A stretch of 64,000 bases of DNA from Oikopleura dioica (taxonomy: Eukaryota; Animalia; Chordata), in assembly GCA_907165135.1 (NCBI GenBank), contig OU015568.1:5332001-5396000 (forward strand). The letters are read 5' to 3'. Numbering within the stretch: position 1 is the first letter of the stretch; the number at the start of each line of letters is the position of its first letter. The translations under genes and the position numbers were made by a program. This document shows positions 13,979-26,838 of the stretch, in pieces. The notes under the pieces are model-generated. The model did not search any database. It saw nothing but the letters and a program-made list of their open reading frames with translations, and was not told the DNA's origin.

Positions 13979-15520
13979 TTTTTTTGAAAAAAATGAAGTG
14001 AAGACTTCTCTGCTTCGTTAGTGCCGTCATGGTTGTTAAGATTAAAAAGAGCTTTTGTTTGTGTTTTTTTTTCTATTAAACGATGCTCATGAACTCAAGC
14101 TATTTTCCTAGAGTAGGATATAAGTCGCTGGAGCGGGAAATTTTCAGGTATTTTTAAGCAATTAAGCTTACTACAAACATCACTTGGACCCGCAAAAACG
14201 GAAGGCGCAAGCCTTCTTGTCGTTCGCTAAAACATCCGCTCGCCGAGGAACGTTTGAATGTTCGCCGGATTATGGCTCTCAGCTATCTTTTTCAACCCTC
14301 TTAGCATGTTGATAATGAAGGAAGGGGATCTATTTGGGTGCAGACTTAGGGCTGCTAATTGAAGTGAGGGTGAGGTAAAGCGTGGAATTGAAAAGAGCGG
14401 GATATTATACAACACAGGAGAATTTGAAAACCGCGGGTTTCAAGGTTAATTTATTCGCAGGCAATCAAGTTTACCGTGGGCATCCGCTGGATTTTGATTC
14501 CCGGTCGCAGGTTTTTCTCAAGGTTAAATGAGTCTGCTTGTTTTTTGCTCAAAAAGGCAGAAAGACGACATCTTATTGGCTAAGATAAGTAGCAGCTGCT
14601 TCTGATTGGTTGGCACAAAGAAAAATGGCTTCTTATTGGCTTACTTCTGATATTTCAAAAAATACATGTTTTTGCTCTTTTTCGTGTAATTGAAACCAAA
14701 AGTTACCGTCGCCGTAACTCATGAATCAAATTATGCACCTTGAGCCGCGTGCAAAGACCTGAGGAACTTCTAAGACGTAAGAGCTCAAATCGATTATTGA
14801 GCATCACGCTTCAAATTTTCATCGAGTCAACATCCTCTGATCTCATTCCACGTCTAATTTCTCACGTGTCTGCGGTCTAAAACGAATAAAAAGAAGAAAA
14901 CTATCGTGCCGAAAAAAGGGGTTTCTTTGTTATACCCCGATCGGAGGGGTCTTTTTAAAACGACATAAGATAGTGACGCCCTTATTTTCTCAAAGAGAGA
15001 AAGAAAAAATCGCGATTTTAATGGAAAATTTGGCTCTTGAAAAAAACGGTTTTTCGATCCCCACTCCCTTAATTCCTCCGAGAGGTCTCTAGAAACGGGA
15101 ACAATGATAAGAGACCGGTTGCACTTGGAACCCGGTAGTTTTTTTACAAATGAAACTGCCAAACTTGACAACGAGCTCAGCAAATTACTCCTTATCGCCA
15201 ATTGCTTCATGGTATCAGCTACAGTAAGAGTCCCAGAGAATCTTTTACTGTTTATCAGGTTTTTTACGTGAATAGAAATATTTGCAGTGAAAATAGCCAG
15301 GAAACTATTTGACAAAACAAAACCTCTCAAGAAGGGTTCGACTAAAGCACGAGCGTATAAGAACGGAAAGGATAAAGTCATCAGGGAAGCATCAATTTCA
15401 GAATTACATGGACGCGTTGTTTACTCGTCGCATAGAGGATCTAAAATGCCAAATTCTGTCATTGTCAAGATCAATTCGGCAAGCCACATTTTTTATTATG
15501 TTCTTATTTTTATTCTTGGG

Positions 15521-15877
15521 TTAGTGTTTGCAAACGCCAATCAATTTCTTGCAGCTGGCACAGCTATGCATAGTGTCTTTGAGACTATCCATATTGTATG
15601 GAATCAGGCAGCAGCCAAGCCAGCATCCGATGCAGACGCAACCAAGAGCGCCCATGAGATTTCTCGATCCAGAGACTTTTTTAACGGTAGACATTCCTTC
15701 ATGCCCACAGCTTCGGCAGATACAAATCGTTGACTCCCGACCAAGAGTTCTTGGGTCCGTTGGTGGCTTCTGAACAGGCTGGGAAGAAACTAGAAATTTC
15801 AACTTGATCATCGTGTCATTATTCAAATGATCTTTACCGGTATCAAAAGTAGAGTCGTAAGCTGGATTCTGAGCCAT
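15521..15877 (-). CDS. LITAF: LITAF-domain protein (2 exons)
   Basis: CRSC...hydrophobic Cys-rich segment (ALGCVCIGCWLGCCLIPY)...HSCASC; 48-nt GT-AG intron after MAQNPAYDSTFDT. Confidence 0.88.
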   Translation of the reverse strand: MAQNPAYDSTFDTGKDHLNNDTMIKLKFLVSSQPVQKPPTDPRTLGRESTICICRSCGHEGMSTVKKVSGSRNLMGALGCVCIGCWLGCCLIPYNMDSLKDTMHSCASCKKLIGVCKH

Positions 15878-16871
15878 CTTTTTCTTTCTCTTTATTCTTT
15901 GCTGAACGAATAACCTCAAATTCTGAACTAGTTCTATGTTCGCAGCAGGATATTATGCGGCAATTTTTACGATTTGAAAACTTATTAATTTTGTGAAAAA
16001 GCTTAGATCTTCATTTTCTATTTTCATCACCGGCGAAAACACGTCATAAAACTTCGGCTAATTGTGATTTTATCGTATATTTTATTGTAAAGAATGCGGG
16101 ACTCAGCATTTTTAGCTATTCGAGCAACATCCGTTTTCAAGCGTATTTTTGTTGTCAACCCAGCTAAGAACCTAGAAATCATATTTATGCGGAATATTTT
16201 GCTTTTCCGTTCCAAGAACTTTCACGAAAATTTGGAAGCTCAAATCTGGTCTCGGTTATGATGCAAATCTTTGCGTCAATTGCGCACGTGTGCGTCCTAA
16301 ATTCAGGGTGATTTTCTGGTGAACTGCCTGAACTGAATCAGGAGCGCGGACAGGAGGCCAAAAGGGATCAAAAAGACACAGCTGCGCCCGATGACACTCG
16401 CCACGCATAATTGGCGCCGTGGATCTCATTCTTTACTTTGCATCTTGTACTCCTTGCATTCACTTTCTACAAATTTAGGTCACAAAAACATGACGACACA
16501 TCGAAGCTTCCCGAAATCGACTTTTAATTCAGTGTATGAACAACACGACTGCATATTTTACGGATATTTTTTCTATAAATTTGTATGGTGACACCCTTAT
16601 TTTCATTTTTCATTCATTTTTAATTCGATTTTTATCTGAAATCTTACAATCGCAAATAAGGGTGTCATCAGACTAGAGACATAAAATATTGTTTTACTTA
16701 TCACGTGACCCCGAAGGACCTTTTGGAGGACTTTTCTCCTGGAAGACAAATATTCCTGGAAGAATATTGAAAAAATTGGTAAATATACTGACACCCTTAA
16801 TTTTTTTCCTCGATTTTATCTGAATTCTTAGTTATCATTTAAAAAAATGAAAAATAAGGAGGTCATCAGAC

Positions 16872-18181
16872 CAGAGTTCGAAATTCCCGCGAATTTTTGC
16901 GGGTGCGGGGGAGCGGGAGCAAGGTCGAAAATTTTTCGCGGGAGCAGGGGGAGCGGGAGCAAGTCCAAAAATTTTGCGCGGGAGCGGGGGCGGGGAGGAG
17001 GTCTAAAAATTTTGCGCGGGAGAGGGCGGCGCGGGAAAAAGGCCTGAAAATTTGCGCGGGAGCGGGGGGCGCGGGAAGGATTCCCCCTCTCTTTTGCTCC
17101 CGCGGGAGCCCGCGGGAAAGAAAAATCAACGTGAGGGCTGGTTTAAAAAGGTCTTCACTCAGGAAGAAGCCTGAGTCAGGCCCCTTAGATAATTCGACAA
17201 TTGAGAAATAAAATTGAAAAAATAAATAAAAACCATAACAAAGCTAAGAACATGAACAATATTAATTTCACATTGAATGGTGGTGGGTGGGGTTGGGGAC
17301 GAAACTAAGATTGATCAACTAAGACTTCCCCGGCCTTTGTCACTGGGCTCGGCAAACTGAGCTGTGTAAAAACCTGTTACAGGTCCTGTTTCCTGTTTTT
17401 GGGGAACCTGTCTGAGTACCTGTGTAAAATCGGGGGGAAAATTTATCTAATGCTGTTCCTGTTCCTGTTTCTGACTAAAACAGGCCTGTTTTTTCCCGCT
17501 CAGGTCCTGACCATAGACAGGTTCCTGTGTAACCTGGTCAAGAACTGCATAAATCAGGGAAGATGTTTAAAGAAATCAATAGCGAAAGACGTATAATTTA
17601 TATAATATACGGTATAAAGAGTTAACTAGTCAAAATAACCGATAAATTCGCGTCTTTTTGTTTTCTTTTGCAATATTTTTCACAGAAATATCCTGTTTTT
17701 TGGCCTGTCTCAGGGCCTGTTTCCTGTTTTCTGACCTGCTCAGACCTGTTTAGGCAGGCCCTGACCTGTGTAACCTGTTACCTGAGCTGTGTAAAAAAAC
17801 CTGCCTGTGTACCTGTGTAAAATGTGGGACAGAATTTTTTTTTCCTGTTCCTGTGTCTGTTCCTGACACAGGTTGCCGAGCCCAGCTTTGTCAAGCCCCT
17901 TAAATTTAAAAACCTTCTTCCCCGCTGCTCCCGCAGCCCCGCGGGAGCATTTTTGAGTTTTCGCGGCGCGGGAAGGGGCGGGAAGAAGGCGGGAACGAAC
18001 AATTTACGGCGGGAGCGGGGGGGGAGGGGGAAAGATCACGAGAAAATCATGAGGGAGCGGGGGGGAGGGGGAAAGAATATCCAAATATCTTGGGGGAGCG
18101 GGGGGCGCGGGAGAAATTTTGCTCCCCCCCGCTCCCGCGGGGGCTCGCGGGAGCTTGCGGCGCGGGAAATTTCGAACTCTG
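16872..18181. mobile_element. Non-autonomous hAT-type element, 1.3 kb, 8-bp TSD CATCAGAC
   Basis: TIR CAGAGTTCGAAATTCCCGCG / CGCGGGAAATTTCGAACTCTG; TSD at 16864-16871 and 18182-18189; subterminal GCGGGAGC repeats. Confidence 0.9.
17343..17885. mobile_element. Nested hAT-type MITE, 8-bp TSD CTTTGTCA
   Basis: TIR CTGGGCTCGGCAA / TTGCCGAGCCCAG; TSD at 17335-17342 and 17886-17893; many CCTGT repeats; same terminus family as 35388-35490. Confidence 0.9.
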
Positions 18182-18607
18182 CATCAGACTAAAGCCATAT
18201 TTTAGAAAATAAGAAAACTCAATCGCGGTTCCCTGTATTGAACGCAAAAATTTTTAGTGAAAATATTTAATAAATAAACTGTACCAAAGATAGTAAACGG
18301 TATGTTCTTTTCGTCGTTGAGACTGTTGTTTCTCAAAATATAAAAAAAAAAACAAAAAAATCGCCATTGCTTGAAGCGAACAGCTCAAAAACGCGAGGTG
18401 CGAGATAAAAAGCCCGGGATCAATCGCAATTTTCTTATCACCACTTTTTAGCGGAAGCAATGTGAGAAAAGGTCTAAGGAGAACAACTCGCATGCCCCCT
18501 GATTATAGCAAATTAGCGGGGATAACGTAATTTTGTAATTCCGTCCTCTGGTAAAATTATTTCCCTCATCAAACTTTATCTCTAAAAGAGCCGCTAGAAA
18601 ATTCCTA

Positions 18608-18757
18608 GAGGGTGAGTCGACAAAAAAATCTCGACAAATTTTGCTTGGGCGGCTACTAGGCTGCTGATCGACGAGTTCGCCGAATGCCAGCTTCAGATTG
18701 GATGAAAATGTCCACGCAAAATTGGTCGGCATTTTTTGTCGGTTCCTTACACTTTCC
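18608..18757. mobile_element. MITE family A copy
   Basis: GTCGACAAAAAAATCTCGACAAATTTTGC...GCAAAATTGGTCGGCATTTTTTGTCGG. Confidence 0.7.
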
Positions 18758-19207
18758 CTCCTATACGGGGGCTTCTACAGAACAAGCCCACGTTCAAAAA
18801 ATTTTCTAGTGTTCTTAAAACAAAACGTTTCGAAATTACAGGGATGCCTTTCCAGCTGATCAAGTGTCTTCTTCCAGATAAAACGTGCATAATAACAGTA
18901 CATATCTTCAGGAAAACTTCAAGGCGCTTTCAACCCACGTTTTGGAGTCCAAAATTTGGACCAAGTTATGATAATACAACTTGGCCGTGAAATAATAAAT
19001 ACGAACTTTGAATAGAAAAACGATGACGCCGTTAATTTAGAATCACTCTCGATGACATCAACTGGGCTCAATATGGATTAGCCTGGGACTCCCGGGAGTT
19101 TTCGATTTCCGATGCAAATGATGAGTTCCCTGTGCCCGTCCAATCGACCCTGATTTTCCGAATGATGAAATCGAAGTCTTGTTTATTGATGCTGATTTTA
19201 TTGGAAT

Positions 19208-19888
19208 TTATTGATCAGGATCAAAAATTTTAGCGACAGATTCGTAGATGCCTTTCCAGTCGACGGATTGAACGCCTTCTTTTGCTTCTTGGTACATGTT
19301 TACTACGCCCGTCTGAAAAATATATTGATTCGACAATGAAATTGACGGTTTTGAAACCAAAATTGTAATTGTTGGTTTACCTGAAATCGCTGATAGAATT
19401 CTTCAAGATCTGGGCCAGAGTCAGAGCCACCAGATTTCATTGAGCGGCCAATGAGTCCACTAAGACAGTCAGACGGAACTGTATCGTAACGATTTCCTAA
19501 TGAATAAAATTAAGAGAAGCCATAAATAAAAAAGGATAATTAAATTATGTATTTTTTGTGATTTATTTTTATTTGGAAATAAAAGATAACGGCGATAGTC
19601 ATGCTGATGGTGAAGTTGACAAGTGAAAAGAACTACGTTACCGTTCAATATATCCTGACATTCTCTGGAAAGAACTGTGTGTCCTTCATCACTGAAGATC
19701 TCCACGAACTCGTCAAAATTGCAAGTTTCTTCGATGCATTCTCGCTCCAAATTGCCTCCCCAGAGCTCTTCCAGCGACCAAGCCCCTGAAGCTCTCCGAT
19801 TTCTTTTCCAAAGAAACGCAAGAGCTTCGTCCTTTGGAATAATCACGGATGCCGCGATCGCGAAAAGAAGAAGAAGAACGCTCCTCAT
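19208..19888 (-). CDS. Small secreted Gla-domain protein (3 exons, ~135 aa), no EGF or protease domain
   Basis: Signal MRSVLLLLFAIAAS, propeptide ending RNRR, Gla motif LEELWGGNLERECIEETCNFDEFVEIF; downstream exons join in frame (ECQDILN|VPSDCLSGL...EEFYQRFQ|TGVVNMYQE...IFDPDQ*). Confidence 0.75.
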
Positions 19889-21972
19889 TTCGCCTTTTCT
19901 GGCTTTCTCTCTTTTTTGAGAAGGTGTTTGTTTGAGCTTGATTTTATTTGGCCCGAGACTTCTATTTATAATGGGAAACGCAGCAGGTGATGACGAATCG
20001 AACCAAATCACGTGGGCTTCCTGCTGAGCATGGAAAATTAACGAAAATATGCTCTCAAATCCAACTGTTTCTTTCCAAGACGTGAAATTCATTATGAAAA
20101 AATGCAAGAATAAATCAATCTTAGTTTCATCATCCTTTTTCTAAAAAAATACATCACGCCAGGCTGGACAAATCGAATCAGTTTCGTTCTATTACACCCG
20201 TTACCCCTCCTGACCATGAAACGCATGTTGCCTGGCTGGTGTGTTTATCCAGACAGCCAACGTATATCACATGAACTTGAATAAACTACCCCTCCAAGCT
20301 TGTTGCCAGCTCATCTTCAGCGCAGTGTTTTCTCGGAGGAGAAAAATTGACGGCTTTAACTTTTTCCTCAGCGCTGGAGAATTTGATAAAAATCACAGTG
20401 AATTTTTTGGCCGCTGAATACCCTTGTAAATAGAGAGATAGGATAAGGATACCATACCTTATCTCTAGCCGCATTCGCTTGTTGAAGAAACATGATAAAG
20501 TTGTATTAACAACTTTTATATTTTCAAGATATTGTTTCCAAGATTACTCCCCGCCCATCGATATTCGTGAAAAATTTCGAAATTCGCAGCTGAGTCAGGA
20601 TTCTTGGCTTAAAATTTTGAAGTTTTTTTTTTACTGTAAAAAAAAAACGCGAAAAAACTGGAACTTTTCGTGGAAGAGATAAGTCAGTTTTTGGGTCGAT
20701 AAAAAGAACTCTCATTTAGACGCTTTTCTAAGTGCAAAAAAATGCATTTTTCGTCCGGGAAATAGCTCGACAATGCGCGATAAAAACGCAAACTGGTAAT
20801 TTCCAGCTCAAGCAATCAACGGGTTGAAATTTGAGAAGCCCATTTCCGACCCAGAATTCGAACTCTTTTACTTTCAATTACCGATCCGATTCTTCTATTT
20901 TTTGAAATTCAGAGTTCAAAATTCTAGTCATCTGCGTCAAATCCAAAAAACAGTCAAAAGTTAACTTCGTCGTTTTCATCATTTTTGCGTAAAAACGTAA
21001 TGTTTATCATTAGTTCCACGTAAGAATAAGGCCCTTCCCCTTGATAATTTCGCCCAAACGTGTGTTCTTGATAAAAAGTCAATGCACATACATACATAGT
21101 CATTTGTAAGTGCGAATTTGCTCGATAGACATAAGCAGAACTGTCAGAAATGTGCTCATCGGACAGCAACTGTCAGTTGATTAATTTTACTATTCAAAAA
21201 ATTCAGATTATTGACTCCTTATCCATTTTTTAAACACCTTCCAGTTCAAAAAAAGGCTTAAAACCAGATTCTAACGCATTAAACCCGGTAAGGTAGCTGC
21301 CAGCTGCGCGATTTTTTGCCGTCATAAGCGGCTGCCTTTGCATCAGAGAGCCATGTCATTGAAGCTTTATCCTGTTTGTTTGTTTTTACCGAAACGGCCC
21401 CCATGGAACGTCTAAAGGTTTAAAATGCTTCTAAACGTTCTTATATTTTCTCGTATAGATCGTGTTTTGCGGCGGATTTCATGAGAACGAGGGCATAATT
21501 TTCGTTGCGGAAAATAATATTGAAAAATATAAAATATGATTAAATTCATATATTTTGCTAAAAACTGCGAGAAAACCAACCGTTCCGAAGCAATTTGGAA
21601 TACAAAATTTTCTTAAAAACAATATTTAGATGCAAGTGAGAAATTTTTCGCGAAAATTTCTTTTGATTTTTTAATTGTTATTGTAAATTGGCAAATATTT
21701 TCGTTTGGAGGTGCTAAATACACTTGTCACTTTTATTTCAGAAGGGGGTAAATATAAAAACTCTTTAAAAAATCGATCGAAATTTGAATATTCCAACATC
21801 GCCAGGATTTCATCAAGCTTTCATGAGAGGAAATCACAGCTTCTTTCTTGATAAAACAAAATCCTTCAGCTGTGACAAGTCTGAGAATCTTAGTTAAACG
21901 ATTATATTCATAAGCCTGTTTATACAACACATTTTTTTCCGCTAGAGATACCTTTTTTTCTCTCTTGATTAA

Positions 21973-22310
21973 GGACCCCCCCGGCAACAATTTTCGAAAA
22001 ATCTTTTTTCGGAATTTCAAAATTTTGACCCCGGAAATGGATTCTACTGGTCAAAAAACGATTTTGAGGCTCCATTTTTTGAGGGTCTATCTCGTCTCTA
22101 ACACCCTCAAAATCGCGTTTGAAAATTGAACTTTTTGACGAAAAATGACGAAATAGTCCAAATTTTGCTAATTTTTTGGATTTTTATTGGTTAAAAATTA
22201 CTCCAGACAAGTTTTCATGATGCATTTAACTTCGAAGCACACTCAGAAGCCAAAATATGGCTGTTTTGAATTTTTTGATTTTTTGAGGAAAATTGTTGAC
22301 CGGGGGGTCC
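21973..22310. mobile_element. 338-bp MITE related to the 30935-34867 transposon
   Basis: TTAA|GGACCCCCCCGGCAACAA...TTGTTGACCGGGGGGTCC|TTCA; internal GAGGGTCTATCTCGTCTCTAACACCCTCAAAATC matches the reverse complement of ~34758-34791. Confidence 0.85.
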
Positions 22311-23289
22311 TTCAACAAACCCTGCACTAGAGCGGGGCGGTCATTTTATAAGAGTATTGAAACTTACAAGAAAAGGCCTAACACTTGATCTTTAGATGCG
22401 CTAAGCCGAGATCATCCCGGATCAATTGAGCAATGTTCGACTTTCGAGAAAACAGCAAGCGTGAGTAAAACGAAGCCGTTTAGATTTGTTGTTGTTCGGC
22501 TGAGACTGCTAATACGCGAGGATTTCCGAATTATTAACTAAAAACGAGTCGAAAATATCTGTTCAAAAACAGGCACGATTTCTGAGAAGTCGCTGTTTGA
22601 TTGGCTCGAAAATAAGCCAAAATTTTGATGGAAAATATTGACCAATCAGATTTCCACATTCGAGCCGTTGGCCAATCAGATTTCAGAAAAACATTTTGCG
22701 AAAAAATTTTTTTCGCTTTTTTCGGGGCCCCAGGAAGCGATTGTTCCATTTCTCGTTCCTTTGTCACCTTTTTTTGAGATATCCCCTTAATCACCTTTTT
22801 CATACGTTGCTCGGGACTAATCCCCAGTTCTTCGAGCAGTACGAGCTTTGCGTACTAGCTGCTATCGCCGTCTTTTCACATTCGCGTCGGTTTTATCAAC
22901 CCTTTTTCGCTCCTTATCACTCCTGGCTCCTACGACTTCTCCCTCGATAAACGGATACACAAAACAAATCTGTTTTGATTCAAATGTAAATGCATCTATC
23001 GCGGAACAGACAACAAGGGACCAAAACGACGATAAAGCCGGGGAGAGGTGGCTGATAATAAAGTGTACATATATATAGTGGGTTCCGGAGTCTCTTGCTA
23101 GAACTATGTACGAGGGAAGCTTTGGGCTTTTCGAGGGAGCTGGAAAGGATGAGGAGAGTTAGACATTGATAGACACGATGCAGAAACGCCCTCTTTAAAC
23201 TAATAGGTGGCAGTTTATTCGACGCCTAATTACCCTTTGGATCCCGTATCTTTCTGTCAAGAAAAGGTGTTTGAAACGGCTTGAATCAG

Positions 23290-23460
23290 AAGCCACGTAG
23301 CGGCTTTTTTGAGAACAAAGCCGCGGAGTGACTTTGCCATAATTTTAAAATTATTGTGATGTTTATTTCGGCAAAGCCGCTTCGCGGCTTCGGTCTTTAA
23401 AAAAGCCGCTACGCAAATATATTTTTCAGACCCTGACTCAGGTTTTCTTTACAGGTCTTG
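23290..23460. mobile_element. MITE family B copy (partial)
   Basis: AAGCCACGTAGCGGC...AAGCCGCTACGC...CCCTGACTCAGGTTTTC. Confidence 0.6.
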
Positions 23461-24284
23461 GAGTTCAGTCCTAGCTCCTTTTTTCTATTTTGGATAAAAA
23501 TTGGAGCATCTATCCGAACAGCTACGGTGTTTCGTTTATATAATCAACGTGCGACGTAAAAACCATTTTACAGATTTTCGTTCCTGCGAAGAAGGCGCAA
23601 ATATTTAGAGTTCGAAAAATTTAACATCTGCTTTTGTCTCGCCGAATTTTCAGTTTTGACTTTTTATGAACGGAAAATTCAGACCGGAAATTCAATATTT
23701 CAAAAAGTTCTGGATGTTATGTTCGTTTCGGATAACTTTCTCGACGAAACATGTCTTCAAGCATGAAAATTGAACGATTGAAGGTACTCTAGAATTATTG
23801 AAAGACGTGAAATACGGCTAAAAGTGAAGATTTTCGTGGTAGATTTTGGCAAATTCGCGTGGTTGAGCAGTTGTTACGTCAAACTTAATTTCGCCAGGCG
23901 AAACCGGATTTCTAACATCATCGTTTGTTTTTTTCGATTCTAGTGCGAGATTATTACAGCTTCCGTCTTCTGCGTGGAGCTTGATTTGATCTTGGCGCAA
24001 TTGGCTTTTTAGGGATTGTGATGTGGATCATTACATGCATTTTAAGTGTTCAAATAAACATCGAGGAGATTTTCCCTAGGAATGAAACCCCCTTAGCACC
24101 CCCTTAAAACCATCTAATCAGTAAACCAGTTGGTCGCGCTTCAAATTCCCGGTCAGACAAAAACATAAACAATCTGTCAATTTATACAATGAAAAGATTT
24201 TTGACCTAACGTGTCCTCCTTTCGAATCGATGGATTAAAAATTCTAAAATCAAACAATTTATAGTTTATACTTTCATCCTTCTT

Positions 24285-26838
24285 TTATGAGTCATAATCG
24301 TATGGAAATCTATAATCCGCTCCTTTCAAAAAATCTTCCGTAAGTTTCCATAATTGGCTTTGGATTTCATCGAGTTTCATTCTGTTGCTTCGAATTTTGA
24401 CTGGAGCTTCTTTCAAATCAGCATAGTATTTTCCAGAGGTCAAATTTGGATCGCAAATGCACATCAAACTTGTTTGTGCTCCCTTCTTACGGGCTTTTTT
24501 TCAATTCAGACTCATTTTGATAAGGAACCTGAAAAGAAAACCTGAGTCAGGTTTTGAAGAAAAAAAAAATAAATATCCGCGTAGCGGCTTTTTCTGAAGC
24601 CGAAGCCGCAAAGCGGCTTCGCCATTATTAAGATATAAATTAAATTTAGTTTGCGAAGCCGCCTTGCGGCTTCGTTCTTCAAAAAGCCGCTACGCGGCTT
24701 TTCATTTTTTTCTTCAGAACCTGACTCAGGTTTTCAACCTCAATTCGCCCCCTTATTTTCTCTCGAAAAGATGGGTCTAATTACTTTCGGGAGACAACTC
24801 CTTGATTGTGATGAGCGTAATTGACGAACTTGCCACGCCTCGGGTTTATACTCTTCTAAAGAATCGACTGATAACAACTCAGCGGGAGATGATGCAGTTC
24901 GAATCGCGCGATTACTGAGTCTAGGAGGATAATCGCGGATTATCGATTCTTAGACTCCCATTTTTTACGTTTTCAGACAACCCAAGAGTCATTTTTGCTA
25001 AACGAAAAAGCACCAATCCTGAGCTGGAGTCCGGAAGCAACTTTTGCAGCACGTGAAGATGCAGCTATGATTAAGGTTTCAGTCACGTTCAATGAGGAAA
25101 TTTCAGGGTCGGGGGATATCGTTACCAAATTATGTTGTGTTCAATTTCAATTGCCAATTTGTCACGTGGGCATTGAATATTTTTTTCAGAAGACTTTTTA
25201 CTACAAGGGGGTCTTTCAATAACGACCGGGCTGATTTAACTGATTGACCAACCAGAGCGCAGAATCAAGCATCAATGATGCTGCATCATGATGGCAATTA
25301 TGAATTCTGAAGACCCCCTTGTAGAAGATAATAAGATGGATGACCCGTGTGATGGATAGAGAAGCCATAACTTGTGACTCAAGATCCGGAAACCAATCTG
25401 GCTTTTGATCCCTTTTTAAAATCTTCTCAAGCAGCATTGCTTGAAGGAATCTCCAATCCGGAAGTATCTCGGACAGTTGTTTATGCTTTCTAAGACAAAA
25501 GCCTTCAAAGGGACTCTTTGACTCTTTGAAGTCACTTTTTTGGAGTTCTGATGAACTCTTTTGCCCGAAATTCACGATCCCTTAATTTGACTGGAACCTT
25601 GTCATGATAAGAATTTGCCGCAGCAGCCGCACTTTTCTTTCACTGTCCCTCCGATATTCGTTTCTACCGCGCCAGGGTGGAGAGATAAAACTGTCATCTT
25701 GGGATACTTCCTTGCGAGTTCTCGCGAATACAGGATGTTTGCAAGTTTGCTTTTTGCGAAGGTGGACAGTTACAATTTTTTTTTATCCTTTTTGATTGGC
25801 TAAGGCTTCAATTTCAAGCTTCTTATTGGCTCAAACGTAACTAAACGATACTTGCCTTATTGTTTCTTAAGGAACTACTAACGACCAATCAAAAATAGTT
25901 ATTCTTCGCATAAGCCAATAAGAAGCCAAGAAAATCATCATGTCATCATGTGCCCACCCTAGCCTCTCAGCATAAGCCTGAAAAGAAGGGCCTTCTCCAA
26001 GCGCTCCTTTTGCTGATTCTTCCGAAGCATACGTTTTCCAATAAGAACCATCACCCTTTGCAGATCCATGAGCACCACTAGCGACAAAAATGACTCTTGA
26101 ATCTTCCTTCAAAGTGTCGTTCTCAAAAAGTGTTTGGAAAAGAAGAGCATGCGCAAAATGATTGATAACTTTTTTGAGATACAAATTATTGTTCAAAAAT
26201 GCACGATGTTTCATGCTGTTCTTATCGTGTAAGGGAGTTATGGTACATTTGCTTTGGTTTCAAATTGAATGAAACATTCTTTTTGTCAAAAATAGTATCT
26301 CTTTCCTTGAACAGAATTTGTTAAATACAGCCAATTTGAAGGAAAATAGACAACGCCTGCATTCGCCACCAAGATGTCAATAACAAGGCTTTTACTGGAT
26401 ATCTCTTCTGCTGCTCGAGTTACTGATGCTTCAAAAGAGATCTTGGAATTTTCAGGCCATGATTGTTTGCTCAAAAAGCTCAAAAATCTCTGCCTAGATC
26501 AGTTAAGTCCATCTGGATCGTGACCACGTCAGCGTCCGGGAAATTGGATAGAATATCATTTTTCGCGTTTTGCATTTTCTGAACATTTCTAAAGCGAAAA
26601 TCTACAAAACTGAGAAAAAACGCCTACCGGCAAAGAAGAATCAGTTTTGCACCACGTTGAGCGCACAAAATCGCCGTAGCCAGTCCAATTCCATCTTTTT
26701 TAAGATCCCAAAAATAGAAAAAATCGGCAAAAATTTTCTAAGTCGACCAATTCCTGAAGCACCGGTGATTGCTACAGTCTTTTCGTCCAGTCGATGGACT
26801 ATTTCTTCGTCAAAAACTGGCGATCCACAGCAACCCAT
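24285..26838 (-). CDS. Short-chain dehydrogenase/reductase, retinol dehydrogenase 12/WWOX-like (multi-exon)
   Basis: ITGASDGIG (formed across a GA-AG intron at 26695-26753), LVANAG, NHFAH, YAESKLAN (YxxxK), LHPGAV; last exon GKYYAD...LWKLTEDFL. Confidence 0.88.
24525..24740. mobile_element. MITE family B copy, near-perfect fold-back, intronic
   Basis: AAAACCTGAGTCAGGTTTTGAAG...CCGCGTAGCGGCTT / AAGCCGCTACGCGG...CTTCAGAACCTGACTCAGGTTTT. Confidence 0.8.
25201..25324. mobile_element. Small intronic MITE
   Basis: TIR CTACAAGGGGGTCTT / AAGACCCCCTTGTAG. Confidence 0.6.

Noticed and set aside
16847-18247. Gly/Arg/Ala-rich ORFs
   Set aside because: Translations of GCGGGAGC subterminal repeats in a non-autonomous element.
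22400-24000. Possible small genes (22848-23078 +, 23818-24000 -)
   Set aside because: No recognisable motifs or convincing splice chain.
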